Positions 1 to 19,923 of a stretch of 64,000 nt of DNA are shown piece by piece. A model generated the notes under the pieces. It had not been told where the DNA came from. It was given only the letters and a program-made list of their open reading frames with translations, and did no database searches. The translations under genes were made by a program, and so were the position numbers. The DNA is from the human T2T-CHM13v2.0 reference genome, Homo sapiens, in NCBI RefSeq assembly GCF_009914755.1, contig NC_060948.1; one strand, 5' to 3'. The first letter of the stretch is position 1; every line of letters starts with the position of its first letter.

Positions 1-557
<557 letters not shown>

Positions 558-1126
558 AGATCCATATTTTTTAAATGAAAAAAAATTTCAAAGGTACTCT
601 GCTTGGTACAATAATCAAATGTATAAACTGAGGAATAAAACATAACCATGAAACCTACTTATAACTGCATATGGAAAATACAGAGGATAATTTTTTAAAT
701 AACATATTTTGAAAGCCTTAACTAGTAATTTGAAGAGCTGGCATTTGAAAGGCCAGTATGAATATACCTTCAAAGCAGCAACACAGGTTCCCCATGAGAA
801 AAAGCAAACACAGGGAAAATAAAACCACAAAGGTTCAATCTCTACTGACCTTTGAAAGACACAGCACAGACAGTGGTCCTTAGGACGAAGAGCAGGAGAC
901 CCCTAATTCCGTCACCATGGCGATAGGGCATAAACATTGCTGGGTGAGGGCACAATCCACATTGTGAGGTCCAACTGCTGCCAGGAAGATAGGAGTGCTT
1001 TTACATAGACCGAAAGGTCATTGAAGGCTCAGAGTTTTCTTTCAAGAACTGAATCCCAAGCCCACACGTTATTAGGCTGCGCTTCTTAAAACAAGTTATG
1101 AGATGGGAAAAAGGGCACCCACAAAC
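558..1126. repeat. HSATI-type block, unit 1 (representative; in every unit it spans ~569 bp directly after the Alu)
   Basis: Non-Alu, non-simple sequence between the Alu and the AT-rich block. Size and position match the HSATI component of DYZ2. The right boundary is approximate. Confidence 0.8.
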
Positions 1127-2803
<1,677 letters not shown>

Positions 2804-2806
2804 TAG

Positions 2807-2836
2807 CTGGGACTACACCACACTGGGACTACACCA
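2807..2836 (+). repeat. 14-bp direct duplication inside the Alu (ctgggactacacca-ca-ctgggactacacca), present in all units
   Basis: Read directly. The Alu consensus has only one CTGGGACTACA at this position. Confidence 0.9.
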
Positions 2837-2906
2837 GCTGCCACCATGCCTAGCTAATTTTTTGGATTTTTAGTAGTGACAGCGTTTCACTGTATTGGCC
2901 AGGATG

Positions 2907-2977
2907 GTCTTGATCTCTTCACCTTGTGATCCCCTTGCCTTGGCCTCCAAATTTGCTGGGATTACAGGCCTGAGCCA
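2907..2977 (-). promoter_or_regulatory. Alu internal Pol III promoter remnants (A box TGGCTCAGGCC 2977-2967; B box GATCAAGAC 2915-2907), shown for unit 2
   Basis: Motifs sit at the normal Alu left-arm positions, and the B box fits GWTCRAGAC. Activity is not demonstrated. Confidence 0.4.
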
Positions 2978-5084
2978 AGATCCATATTTTGTAAATGAAA
3001 AAAAATTTCAAAGGTACTCTGCTTGGTACAATAATCAAATGTATAAACTGAGGAATAAAACATAACCATGAAACCTACTTATAACTGCATATGGAAAATA
3101 CAGAGGATAATTTTTTAAATAACATATTTTGAAAGCCTTAACTAGTAATTTGAAGAGTTGGCATTTGAAAGGCCAGTATGAATATACCTTCAAAGCAGCA
3201 ACACAGGTTCCCCATGAGAAAAAGCAAACACAGGGAAAACAAAAACACAAAGGTTCAATCTCTTCTGACCTTTGAAAGACACAGCACAGACAGTGGTCCT
3301 TAGGACGAAGAGCAGGAGACCCCTAATTCCGTCACCATGGCGATAGGGCATAAACATTGCTGGGTGAGGGCACAATCCACATTGTGAGGTCCAACTGCTG
3401 CCAGGAAGACAGGAGTGCTTTTACATAGACCGAAAGGTCATTGAAGGCTCAGAGTTTTGTTTCAAGAACTGAATCCCAAGCCCACACGTTATTAGGCTGC
3501 GCTTCTTAAAACAAGTTATGAGATGGGAAAAAGGGCACCCACAAACATACGTATACATTATGTATATAATAATATACAGTATCATATATATAATATATAT
3601 AACCTATGTATAATACTGTTTTACATCCTGCATCTTATGTTATATATATTGTATAAAATATAATAATTGATAATATATAAGTTTTATAATTATACAATAT
3701 GACATATAGTATATATTATAATTTATGACATATATAATATATGTTATATGTCATATATAGAATATATTATACGGTTAATATACGTATTAAATATAAATTA
3801 TACATTATATATATTATATACAATATATCTGTTATATATAATACCCATTATGCATAATATATATATTATGTCTATGTTATATATAGTATAAAACAACATA
3901 TAATAATATATAATTGTATATATAAAATGCGACATATAATATATATTATATTTTATAACATATGTAATATATATTATATATTATATATAATACGTTGTAT
4001 GTATAATACCTATATTAAATATATATTATATGACTATGTTATTAATTACATGTCACATGTGTTATATATTATATATTTTACATAGAATATACCGGTTACA
4101 TACAATATATACTATGTTACCTATAATGTATAATTTATTACATGTAAAATAAAGAATGCAATATATTATGTATAATTTATAATATACAATATGTGGAATG
4201 TGACATATGTAACATATAATATATGATATATGATATACAGTATATGATATATAACATACAATATATGATTCCTAATATATATGGTACACAATATATATTT
4301 TATGATATGTATTCTATATGTTTTATATTCTGTTATATATAACTATTTGAAATTATATATAACTGTATAATATTTTATGTAAATATGTAATATAATATAT
4401 ATAACTATATAATATATTATATATAACTATATATTATGTTATATATACTTTTATAACATAATTTACATAAAATATCATAATATAATATATATTATATTAT
4501 TTCATATTACATAATATATATTACATATCACCCAATATAACTAACATACATAATATTATAATATAGATTATATTATGTTATATTAAATATCATATATATC
4601 ATGTATCATATATTCTATAATATATATTACACATTATATAATATGTATGTTGTCTATTATGTGATATATATAACTCAATATATAATTATATTTTTATACA
4701 TATAACTAGATAAACATGTAATTCTACATATTTTCATTTATAATATGTAGAATTATATAATCATATATAATTATTTATATTCTATAAAAAATTTTATCAT
4801 TATATAAATTATAATATATAAAAATTATAATATGTACTACAAATATATATATATTATATATCATATATGATATAGTACCTTTGTTATATATCATAATACA
4901 TATAAATGTGTATTATGTTATCTATAATTATATAATTTCATATATAAGATGTATAATATGTATCATATATTATATATGTTATGTAATATATATAGTATAT
5001 ATAAGATGACACAGGATAAATATTATATACTATGACATATAAAATATATGAGGTTATATGTTACATATAAGGCATAGCACATAA

Positions 5085-5399
<315 letters not shown>

Positions 5400-7504
5400 A
5401 GATCCGTATTTTTTAAATGAAAAAAAATTTCAAAGGTACTCTGCTTGGTACAATAATCAAATGTATAAACTGAGGAATAAAACATAACCATGAAACCTAC
5501 TTATAACTGCATATGGAAAATACAGAGGATAATTTTTTAAATAACATATTTTGAAAGCCTTAACTAGTAATTTGAAGAGTTGGCATTTGAAAGGCCAGTA
5601 TGAATAAAACTTCAAAGCAGCAACACAGGTTCCCCATGAGAAAAAGCAAACACAGGGAAAATAAAAACACAAAGGTTCAATCTCTTCTGACCTTTGAAAG
5701 ACACAGCACAGACAGTGGTCCTTAGGACGAAGAGCAGGAGACCCCTAATTCCGTCACCATGGCGATAGGGCATAAACATTGCTGGGTGAGGGCACAATCC
5801 ACATTGTGAGGTCCAACTGCTGCCAGGAAGACAGGAGTGCTTTTACATAGACCGAAAGGTCATTGAAGGCTCAGAGTTTTGTTTCAAGAACTGAATCCCA
5901 AGCCCACACGTTATTAGGCTGCGCTTCTTAAAACAAGTTATGAGATGGGAAAAAGGGCACCCACAAACATACGTATACATTATGTATATAATAATATACT
6001 GTATCATATATATAATATATATAACCTATGTATAATATTGTTTTACATCCTGCATCTTATGTTATATATATTGTATAAAATATAATAATTGATAATATAT
6101 AAGTTTTATAATTATACAATATGACATATAGTATATATTATAATTTATGACATATATAATATATGTTATATATCATATATAGAATATATTATACGGTTAA
6201 TATACGTATTAAATATAAATTATACCTTATATATATTATATATAATATATCTGTTATATATAATACCCATTATGCATAATATATATATTATGTCTATGTT
6301 ATATATAGTATAAAACAACATATAATAATATATAATTGTATATATAAAATGCGACATATAATATATATTATATTTTATAACATATGTAATATATATTATA
6401 TATTATATATAATACGTTGTATGTATAATACCTATATTAAATATATATTATATGACTATGTTATTAATTACATGTCACATGTGTTATATATTATATATTT
6501 TACATAGAATATACCGGTTACATACAATATATACTATGTTACCTATAATGTATAATTTATTACATGTAAAATAAAGAATGCAATATATTATGTATAATTT
6601 ATAATATACAATATGTGGAATGTGACATATGTAACATATAATATATGATATATGATATACAGTATATGATATATAACATACAATATATGATTCCTAATAT
6701 ATATGGTATACAATATATATTTTATGATATGTATTCTATATGTTTTATATTCTGTTATATATAACTATTTGAAATTATATATAACTGTATAATATTTTAT
6801 GTAAATATGTAATATAATATATATAACTATATAATATATTATATATAACTATATATTATGTTATATATACTTTTATAACATAATTTACATAAAATATCAT
6901 AATATAATATATATTATATTATTTCATATTACATAATATATATTACATATCACCCAATATAACTAACATACATAATATTATAATATAGATTATATTATGT
7001 TATATTAAATATCATATATATCATGTATCATATATTCTATAATATATATTACACATTATATAATATGTATGTTGTCTATTACGTGATATATATAACTCAA
7101 TATATAATTATATTTTTATACATATAACTAGATAAACATGTAATTCTACATATTTTCATTTATAATATGTAGAATTATATAATCATATATAATTATTTAT
7201 ATTCTATAAAAAATTTTATCATTATATAAATTATAATATATAAAAATTATAATATGTACTACAAATATATATATTATATATCATATATGATATAGTACCT
7301 TTGTTATATATCATAATACATATAAATGTGTATTATGTTATCTATAATTATATAATTTCATATATAAGATGTATAATATGTATCATATATTATATATGTT
7401 ATGTAATATATATAGTATATATAAGATGACACAGGATAAATATTATATACTATGACATATAAAATATATGAGGTTATATGTTACATATAAGGCATAGCAC
7501 ATAA

Positions 7505-7819
<315 letters not shown>

Positions 7820-9924
7820 AGATCCATATTTTGTAAATGAAAAAAAATTTCAAAGGTACTCTGCTTGGTACAATAATCAAATGTATAAACTGAGGAATAA
7901 AACATAACCATGAAACCTACTTATAACTGCATATGGAAAATACAGAGGATAATTTTTTAAATAACATATTTTGAAAGCCTTAACTAGTAATTTGAAGAGT
8001 TGGCATTTGAAAGGCCAGTATGAATAAACCTTCAAAGCAGCAACACAGGTTCCCCATGAGAAAAAGCAAACACAGGGAAAATAAAAACACAAAGGTTCAA
8101 TCTCTTCTGACCTTTGAAAGACACAGCACAGACAGTGGTCCTTAGGACGAAGAGCAGGAGACCCCTAATTCCGTCACCATGGCGATAGGGCATAAACATT
8201 GCTGGGTGAGGGCACAATCCACATTGTGAGGTCCAACTGCTGCCAGGAAGACAGGAGTGCTTTTACATAGACCGAAAGGTCATTGAAGGCTCAGAGTTTT
8301 GTTTCAAGAACTGAATCCCAAGCCCACACGTTATTAGGCTGCGCTTCTTAAAACAAGTTATGAGATGGGAAAAAGGGCACCCACAAACATACGTATACAT
8401 TATGTATATAATAATATACTGTATCATATATATAATATATATAACCTATGTATAATATTGTTTTACATCCTGCATCTTATGTTATATATATTGTATAAAA
8501 TATAATAATTGATAATATATAAGTTTTATAATAATACAATATGACATATAGTATATATTATAATTTATGACATATATAATATATATTATATATCATATAT
8601 AGAATATATTATACGGTTAATATACGTATTAAATATAAATTATACCTTATATATATTATATATAATATATCTGTTATATATAATACCCATTATGCATAAT
8701 ATATATATTATGTCTATGTTATATATAGTATAAAACAACATATTATAATATATAATTGTATATATAAAATGCGACATATAATATATATTATATTTTATAA
8801 CATATGTAATATATATTATATATTATATATAATACGTTGTATGTATAATACCTATATTAAATATATATTATATGACTATGTTATTAATTACATGTCACAT
8901 GTGTTATATATTATATATTTTACATAGAATATACCGGTTACATACAATATATACTATGTTACCTATAATGTATAATTTATTACATGTAAAATAAAGAATG
9001 CAATATATTATGTATAATTTATAATATACAATATGTGGAATGTGACATATGTAACATATAATATATGATATATGATATACAGTATATGATATATAACATA
9101 CAATATATGATTCCTAATATATATGGTATACAATATATATTTTATGATATGTATTCTATATGTTTTATATTCTGTTATATATAACTATTTGAAATTATAT
9201 ATAACTGTATAATATTTTATGTAAATATGTAATATAATATATATAACTATATAATATATTATATATAACTATATATTATGTTATATATACTTTTATAACA
9301 TAATTTACATAAAATATCATAATATAATATATATTATATTATTTCATATTACATAATATATATTACATATCACCCAATATAACTAACATACATAATATTA
9401 TAATATAGATTATATTATGTTATATTAAATATCATATATATCATGTATCATATATTCTATAATATATATTACACATTATATAATATGTATGTTGTCTATT
9501 ATGTGATATATATAACTCAATATATAATTATATTTTTATACATATAACTAGATAAACATGTAATTCTACATATTTTCATTTATAATATGTAGAATTATAT
9601 AATCATATATAATTATTTATATTCTATAAAAAATTTTATCATTATATAAATTATAATATATAAAAATTATAATATGTACTACAAATATATATATTATATA
9701 TCTTATATGATATAGTACCTTTGTTATATATCATAATACATATAAATGTGTATTATGTTATCTATAATTATATAATTTCATATATAAGATGTATAATATG
9801 TATCATATATTATATATGTTATGTAATATATATAGTATACATAAGATGACACAGGATAAATATTATATACTATGACATATAAAATATATGAGGTTATATG
9901 TTACATATAAGGCATAGCACATAA

Positions 9925-10239
<315 letters not shown>

Positions 10240-12346
10240 AGATCCATATTTTGTAAATGAAAAAAAATTTCAAAGGTACTCTGCTTGGTACAATAATCAA
10301 ATGTATAAACTGAGGAATAAAACATAACCATGAAACCTACTTATAACTGCATATGGAAAATACAGAGGATAATTTTTTAAATAACATATTTTGAAAGCCT
10401 TAACTAGTAATTTGAAGAGTTGGCATTTGAAAGGCCAGTATGAATAAACCTTCAAAGCAGCAACACAGGTTCCCCATGAGAAAAAGCAAACACAGGGAAA
10501 ATAAAAACACAAAGGTTCAATCTCTTCTGACCTTTGAAAGACACAGCACAGACAGTGGTCCTTAGGACGAAGAGCAGGAGACCCCTAATTCCGTCACCAT
10601 GGCGATAGGGCATAAACATTGCTGGGTGAGGGCACAATCCACATTGTGAGGTCCAACTGCTGCCAGGAAGACAGGAGTGCTTTTACATAGACCGAAAGGT
10701 CATTGAAGGCTCAGAGTTTTGTTTCAAGAACTGAATCCCAAGCCCACACGTTATTAGGCTGCGCTTCTTAAAACAAGTTATGAGATGGGAAAAAGGGCAC
10801 CCACAAACATACGTATACATTATGTATATAATAATATACTGTATCATATATATAATATATATAACCTATGTATAATATTGTTTTACATCCTGCATCTTAT
10901 GTTATATATATTGTATAAAATATAATAACTGATAATATATAAGTTTTATAATTATACAATATGACATATAGTATATATTATAATTTATGACATATATAAT
11001 ATATGTTATATATCATATATAGAATATATTATACGGTTAATATACGTATTAAATATAAATTATACCTTATATATATTATATATAATATATCTGTTATATA
11101 TAATACCCATTATGCATAATATATATATTATGTCTATGTTATATATAGTATAAAACAACATATTATAATATATAATTGTATATATAAAATGCGACATATA
11201 ATATATATTATATTTTATAACATATGTAATATATATTATATATTATATATAATACGTTGTATGTATAATACCTATATTAAATATATATTATATGACTATG
11301 TTATTAATTACATGTCACATGTGTTATATATTATATATTTTACATAGAATATACCGGTTACATACAATATATACTATGTTACCTATAATGTATAATTTAT
11401 TACATGTAAAATAAAGAATGCAATATATTATGTATAATTTATAATATACAATATGTGGAATGTGACATATGTAACATATAATATATGATATATGATATAC
11501 AGTATATGATATATAACATACAATATATGATTCCTAATATATATGGTATACAATATATATTTTATGATATGTATTCTATATGTTTTATATTCTGTTATAT
11601 ATAACTATTTGAAATTATATATAACTGTATAATATTTTATGTAAATATGTAATATAATATATATAACTATATAATATATTATATATAACTATATATTATG
11701 TTATATATACTTTTATAACATAATTTACATAAAATATCATAATATAATATATATTATATTATTTCATATTACATAATATATATTACATATCACCCAATAT
11801 AACTAACATACATAATATTATAATATAGATTATATTATGTTATATTAAATATCATATATATCATGTATCATATATTCTATAATATATATTACACATTATA
11901 TAATATGTAGGTTGTCTATTATGTGATATATATAACTCAATATATAATTATATTTTTATACATATAACTTGATAAACATGTAATTCTACATATTTTCATT
12001 TATAATATGTAGAATTATATAATCATATATAATTATTTATATTCTATAAAAAATTTTATCATTATATAAATTATAATATATAAAAATTATAATATGTACT
12101 ACAAATACATATATATTATATATCATATATGATATAGTACCTTTGTTATATATCATAATACATATAAATGTGTATTATGTTATCTATAATTATATAATTT
12201 CATATATAAGATGTATAATATGTATCATATATTATATATGTTATGTAATATATATAGTATATATAAGATGACACAGGATAAATATTATATACTATGACAT
12301 ATAAAATATATGAGGTTATATGTTACATATAAGGCATAGCACATAA

Positions 12347-12661
<315 letters not shown>

Positions 12662-14768
12662 AGATCCATATTTTGTAAATGAAAAAAAATTTCAAAGTTA
12701 CTCTGCTTGGTACAATAATCAAATGTATAAACTGAGGAATAAAACATAACCATGAAACCTACTTATAACTGCATATGGAAAATACAGAGGATAATTTTTT
12801 AAATAACATATTTTGAAAGCCTTAACTAGTAATTTGAAGAGTTGGCATTTGAAAGGCCAGTATGAATAAACCTTCAAAGCAGCAACACAGGTTCCCCATG
12901 AGAAAAAGCAAACACAGGGAAAATAAAAACACAAAGGTTCAATCTCTTCTGACCTTTGAAAGACACAGCACAGACAGTGGTCCTTAGGACGAAGAGCAGG
13001 AGACCCCTAATTCCGTCACCATGGCGATAGGGCATAAACATTGCTGGGTGAGGGCACAATCCACATTGTGAGGTCCAACTGCTGCCAGGAAGACAGGAGT
13101 GCTTTTACATAGACCGAAAGGTCATTGAAGGCTCAGAGTTTTGTTTCAAGAACTGAATCCCAAGCCCACACGTTATTAGGCTGCGCTTCTTAAAACAAGT
13201 TATGAGATGGGAAAAAGGGCACCCACAAACATACGTATACATTATGTATATAATAATATACTGTATCATATATATAATATATATAACCTATGTATAATAT
13301 TGTTTTACATCCTGCATCTTATGTTATATATATTGTATAAAATATAATAATTGATAATATATAAGTTTTATAATTATACAATATGACATATAGTATATAT
13401 TATAATTTATGACATATATAATATATGTTATATATCATATATAGAATATATTATACGGTTAATATACGTATTAAATATAAATTATACCTTATATATATTA
13501 TATATAATATATCTGTTATATATAATACCCATTATGCATAATATATATATTATGTCTATGTTATATATAGTATAAAACAACATATTATAATATATAATTG
13601 TATATATAAAATGCGACATATAATATATATTATATTTTATAACATATGTAATATATATTATATATTATATATAATACGTTGTATGTATAATACCTATATT
13701 AAATATATATTATATGACTATGTTATTAATTACATGTCACATGTGTTATATATTATATATTTTACATAGAATATACCGGTTACATACAATATATACTATG
13801 TTACCTATAATGTATAATTTATTACATGTAAAATAAAGAATGCAATATATTATGTATAATTTATAATATACAATATGTGGAATGTGACATATGTAACATA
13901 TAATATATGATATATGATATACAGTATATGATATATAACATACAATATATGATTCCTAATATATATGGTATACAATATATATTTTATGATATGTATTCTA
14001 TATGTTTTATATTCTGTTATATATAACTATTTGAAATTATATATAACTGTATAATATTTTATGTAAATATGTAATATAATATATAAAACTATATAATATA
14101 TTATATATAACTATATATTATGTTATATATACTTTTATAACATAATTTACATAAAATATCATAATATAATATATATTATATTATTTCATATTACATAATA
14201 TATATTACATATCACCCAATATAACTAACATACATAATATTATAATATAGATTATATTATGTTATATTAAATATCATATATATCATGTATCATATATTCT
14301 ATAATATATATTACACATTGTATAATATGTATGTTGTCTATTATGTGATATATATAACTCAATATATAATTATATTTTTATACATATAACTAGATAAACA
14401 TGTAATTCTACATATTTTCATTTATAATATGTAGAATTATATAATCATATATAATTATTTATATTCTATAAAAAATTTTATCATTATATAAATTATAATA
14501 TATAAAAATTATAATATGTACTACAAATATATATATATTATATATCATATATGATATAGTACCTTTGTTATATATCATAATACATATAAATGTGTATTAT
14601 GTTATCTATAATTATATAATTTCATATATAAGATGTATAATATGTATCATATATTATATATGTTATGTAATATATATAGTATATATAAGATGACACAGGA
14701 TAAATATTATATACTATGACATATAAAATATATGAGGTTATATGTTACATATAAGGCATAGCACATAA

Positions 14769-15083
<315 letters not shown>

Positions 15084-17188
15084 AGATCCATATTTTGTAA
15101 ATGAAAAAAAATTTCAAAGGTACTCTGCTTGGTACAATAATCAAATGTATAAACTGAGGAATAAAACATAACCATGAAACCTACTTATAACTGCATATGG
15201 AAAATACAGAGGATAATTTTTTAAATAACATATTTTGAAAGCCTTAACTAGTAATTTGAAGAGTTGGCATTTGAAAGGCCAGTATGAATAAACCTTCAAA
15301 GCAGCAACACAGGTTCCCCATGAGAACAAGCAAACACAGGGAAAATAAAAACACAAAGGTTCAATCTCTTCTGACCTTTGAAAGACACAGCACAGACAGT
15401 GGTCCTTAGGACGAAGAGCAGGAGACCCCTAATTCCGTCACCATGGCGATAGGGCATAAACATTGCTGGGTGAGGGCACAATCCACATTGTGAGGTCCAA
15501 CTGCTGCCAGGAAGACAGGAGTGCTTTTACATAGACCGAAAGGTCATTGAAGGCTCAGAGTTTTGTTTCAAGAACTGAATCCCAAGCCCACACGTTATTA
15601 GGCTGCGCTTCTTAAAACAAGTTATGAGATGGGAAAAAGGGCACCCACAAACATACGTATACATTATGTATATAATAATATACTGTATCATATATATAAT
15701 ATATATAACCTATGTATAATATTGTTTTACATCCTGCATCTTATGTTATATATATTGTATAAAATATAATAATTGATAATATATAAGTTTTATAATTATA
15801 CAATATGACATATAGTATATATTATAATTTATGACATATATAATATATGTTATATATCATATATAGAATATATTATACGGTTAATATACGTATTAAATAT
15901 AAATTATACCTTATATATATTATATATAATATATCTGTTATATATAATACCCATTATGCATAATATATATATTATGTCTATGTTATATATAGTATAAAAC
16001 AACATATTATAATATATAATTGTATATATAAAATGCGACATATAATATATATTATATTTTATAACATATGTAATATATATTATATATTATATATAATACG
16101 TTGTATGTATAATACCTATATTAAATATATATTATATGACTATGTTATTAATTACATGTCACATGTGTTATATATTATATATTTTACATAGAATATACCG
16201 GTTACATACAATATATACTATGTTACCTATAATGTATAATTTATTACATGTAAAATAAAGAATGCAATATATTATGTATAATTTATAATATACAATATGT
16301 GGAATGTGACATATGTAACATATAATATATGATATATGATATACAGTATATGATATATAACATACAATATATGATTCCTAATATATATGGTATACAATAT
16401 ATATTTTATGATATGTATTCTATATGTTTTATATTCTGTTATATATAACTATTTGAAATTATATATAACTGTATAATATTTTATGTAAATATGTAATATA
16501 ATATATATAACTATATAATATATTATATATAACTATATATTATGTTATATATACTTTTATAACATAATTTACATAAAATATCATAATATAATATATATTA
16601 TATTATTTCATATTACATAATATATATTACATATCACCCAATATAACTAACATACATAATATTATAATATAGATTATATTATGTTATATTAAATATCATA
16701 TATATCATGTATCATATATTCTATAATATATATTACACATTATATAATATGTATGTTGTCTATTATGTGATATATATAACTCAATATATAATTATATTTT
16801 TATACATATAACTAGATAAACATGTAATTCTACATATTTTCATTTATAATATGTAGAATTATATAATCATATATAATTATTTATATTCTATAAAAAATTT
16901 TATCATTATATAAATTATAATATATAAAAATTATAATATGTACTACAAATATATATATTATATATCTTATATGATATAGTACCTTTGTTATATATCATAA
17001 TACATATAAATGTGTATTATGTTATCTATAATTATATAATTTCATATATAAGATGTATAATATGTATCATATATTATATATGTTATGTAATATATATAGT
17101 ATATATAAGATGACACAGGATAAATATTATATACTATGACATATAAAATATATGAGGTTATATGTTACATATAAGGCATAGCACATAA

Positions 17189-17503
<315 letters not shown>

Positions 17504-19608
17504 AGATCCATATTTTGTAAATGAAAAAAAATTTCAAAGGTACTCTGCTTGGTACAATAATCAAATGTATAAACTGAGGAATAAAACATAACCATGAAAC
17601 CTACTTATAACTGCATATGGAAAATACAGAGGATAATTTTTTAAATAACATATTTTGAAAGCCTTAACTAGTAATTTGAAGAGTTGGCATTTGAAAGGCC
17701 AGTATGAATAAACCTTCAAAGCAGCAACACAGGTTCCCCATGAGAAAAAGCAAACACAGGGAAAATAAAAACACAAAGGTTCAATCTCTTCTGACCTTTG
17801 AAAGACACAGCACAGACAGTGGTCCTTAGGACGAAGAGCAGGAGACCCCTAATTCCGTCACCATGGCGATAGGGCATAAACATTGCTGGGTGAGGGCACA
17901 ATCCACATTGTGAGGTCCAACTGCTGCCAGGAAGACAGGAGTGCTTTTACATAGACCGAAAGGTCATTGAAGGCTCAGAGTTTTGTTTCAAGAACTGAAT
18001 CCCAAGCCCACACGTTATTAGGCTGCGCTTCTTAAAACAAGTTATGAGATGGGAAAAAGGGCACCCACAAACATACGTATACATTATGTATATAATAATA
18101 TACTGTATCATATATATAATATATATAACCTATGTATAATATTGTTTTACATCCTGCATCTTATGTTATATATATTGTATAAAATATAATAATTGATAAT
18201 ATATAAGTTTTATAATTATACAATATGACATATAGTATATATTATAATTTATGACATATATAATATATGTTATATATCATATATAGAATATATTATACGG
18301 TTAATATACGTATTAAATATAAATTATACCTTATATATATTATATATAATATATCTGTTATATATAATACCCATTATGCATAATATATATATTATGTCTA
18401 TGTTATATATAGTATAAAACAACATATAATAATATATAATTGTATATATAAAATGCGACATATAATATATATTATATTTTATAACATATGTAATATATAT
18501 TATATATTATATATAATACGTTGTATGTATAATACCTATATTAAATATATATTATATGACTATGTTATTAATTACATGTCACATGTGTTATATATTATAT
18601 ATTTTACATAGAATATACCGGTTACATACAATATATACTATGTTACCTATAATGTATAATTTATTACATGTAAAATAAAGAATGCAATATATTATGTATA
18701 ATTTATAATATACAATATGTGGAATGTGACATATGTAACATATAATATATGATATATGATATACAGTATATGATATATAACATACAATATATGATTCCTA
18801 ATATATATGGTATACAATATATATTTTATGATATGTATTCTATATGTTTTATATTCTGTTATATATAACTATTTGAAATTATATATAACTGTATAATATT
18901 TTATGTAAATATGTAATATAATATATATAACTATATAATATATTATATATAACTATATATTATGTTATATATACTTTTATAACATAATTTACATAAAATA
19001 TCATAATATAATATATATTATATTATTTCATATTACATAATATATATTACATATCACCCAATATAACTAACATACATAATATTATAATATAGATTATATT
19101 ATGTTATATTAAATATCATATATATCATGTATCATATATTCTATAATATATATTACACATTATATAATATGTATGTTGTCTATTACGTGATATATATAAC
19201 TCAATATATAATTATATTTTTATACATATAACTAGATAAACATGTAATTCTACATATTTTCATTTATAATATGTAGAATTATATAATCATATATAATTAT
19301 TTATATTCTATAAAAAATTTTATCATTATATAAATTATAATATATAAAAATTATAATATGTACTACAAATATATATATTATATATCATATATGATATAGT
19401 ACCTTTGTTATATATCATAATACATATAAATGTGTATTATGTTATCTATAATTATATAATTTCATATATAAGATGTATAATATGTATCATATATTATATA
19501 TGTTATGTAATATATATAGTATATATAAGATGACACAGGATAAATATTATATACTATGACATATAAAATATATGAGGTTATATGTTACATATAAGGCATA
19601 GCACATAA

Positions 19609-19923
<315 letters not shown>

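Noticed and set aside
615-830. 71-aa minus-strand ORF repeated in nearly every unit
   Set aside because: No recognisable domain, and it begins at a non-ATG codon. Conservation merely mirrors repeat identity, and the frame is not reported in unit 27.
912-921. Kozak-like tcaccatggc (and gccaccatgc in the Alu)
   Set aside because: The first is followed by a stop after three codons (ATG GCG ATA GGG CAT AAA... gives no long ORF in the track), and the second reads ATG CCT AGC TAA.
3190-3375. 61-aa overlapping minus-strand ORF
   Set aside because: Same reasons. It is broken by stops in units 1 and 18, and its variants show no sign of coding constraint.
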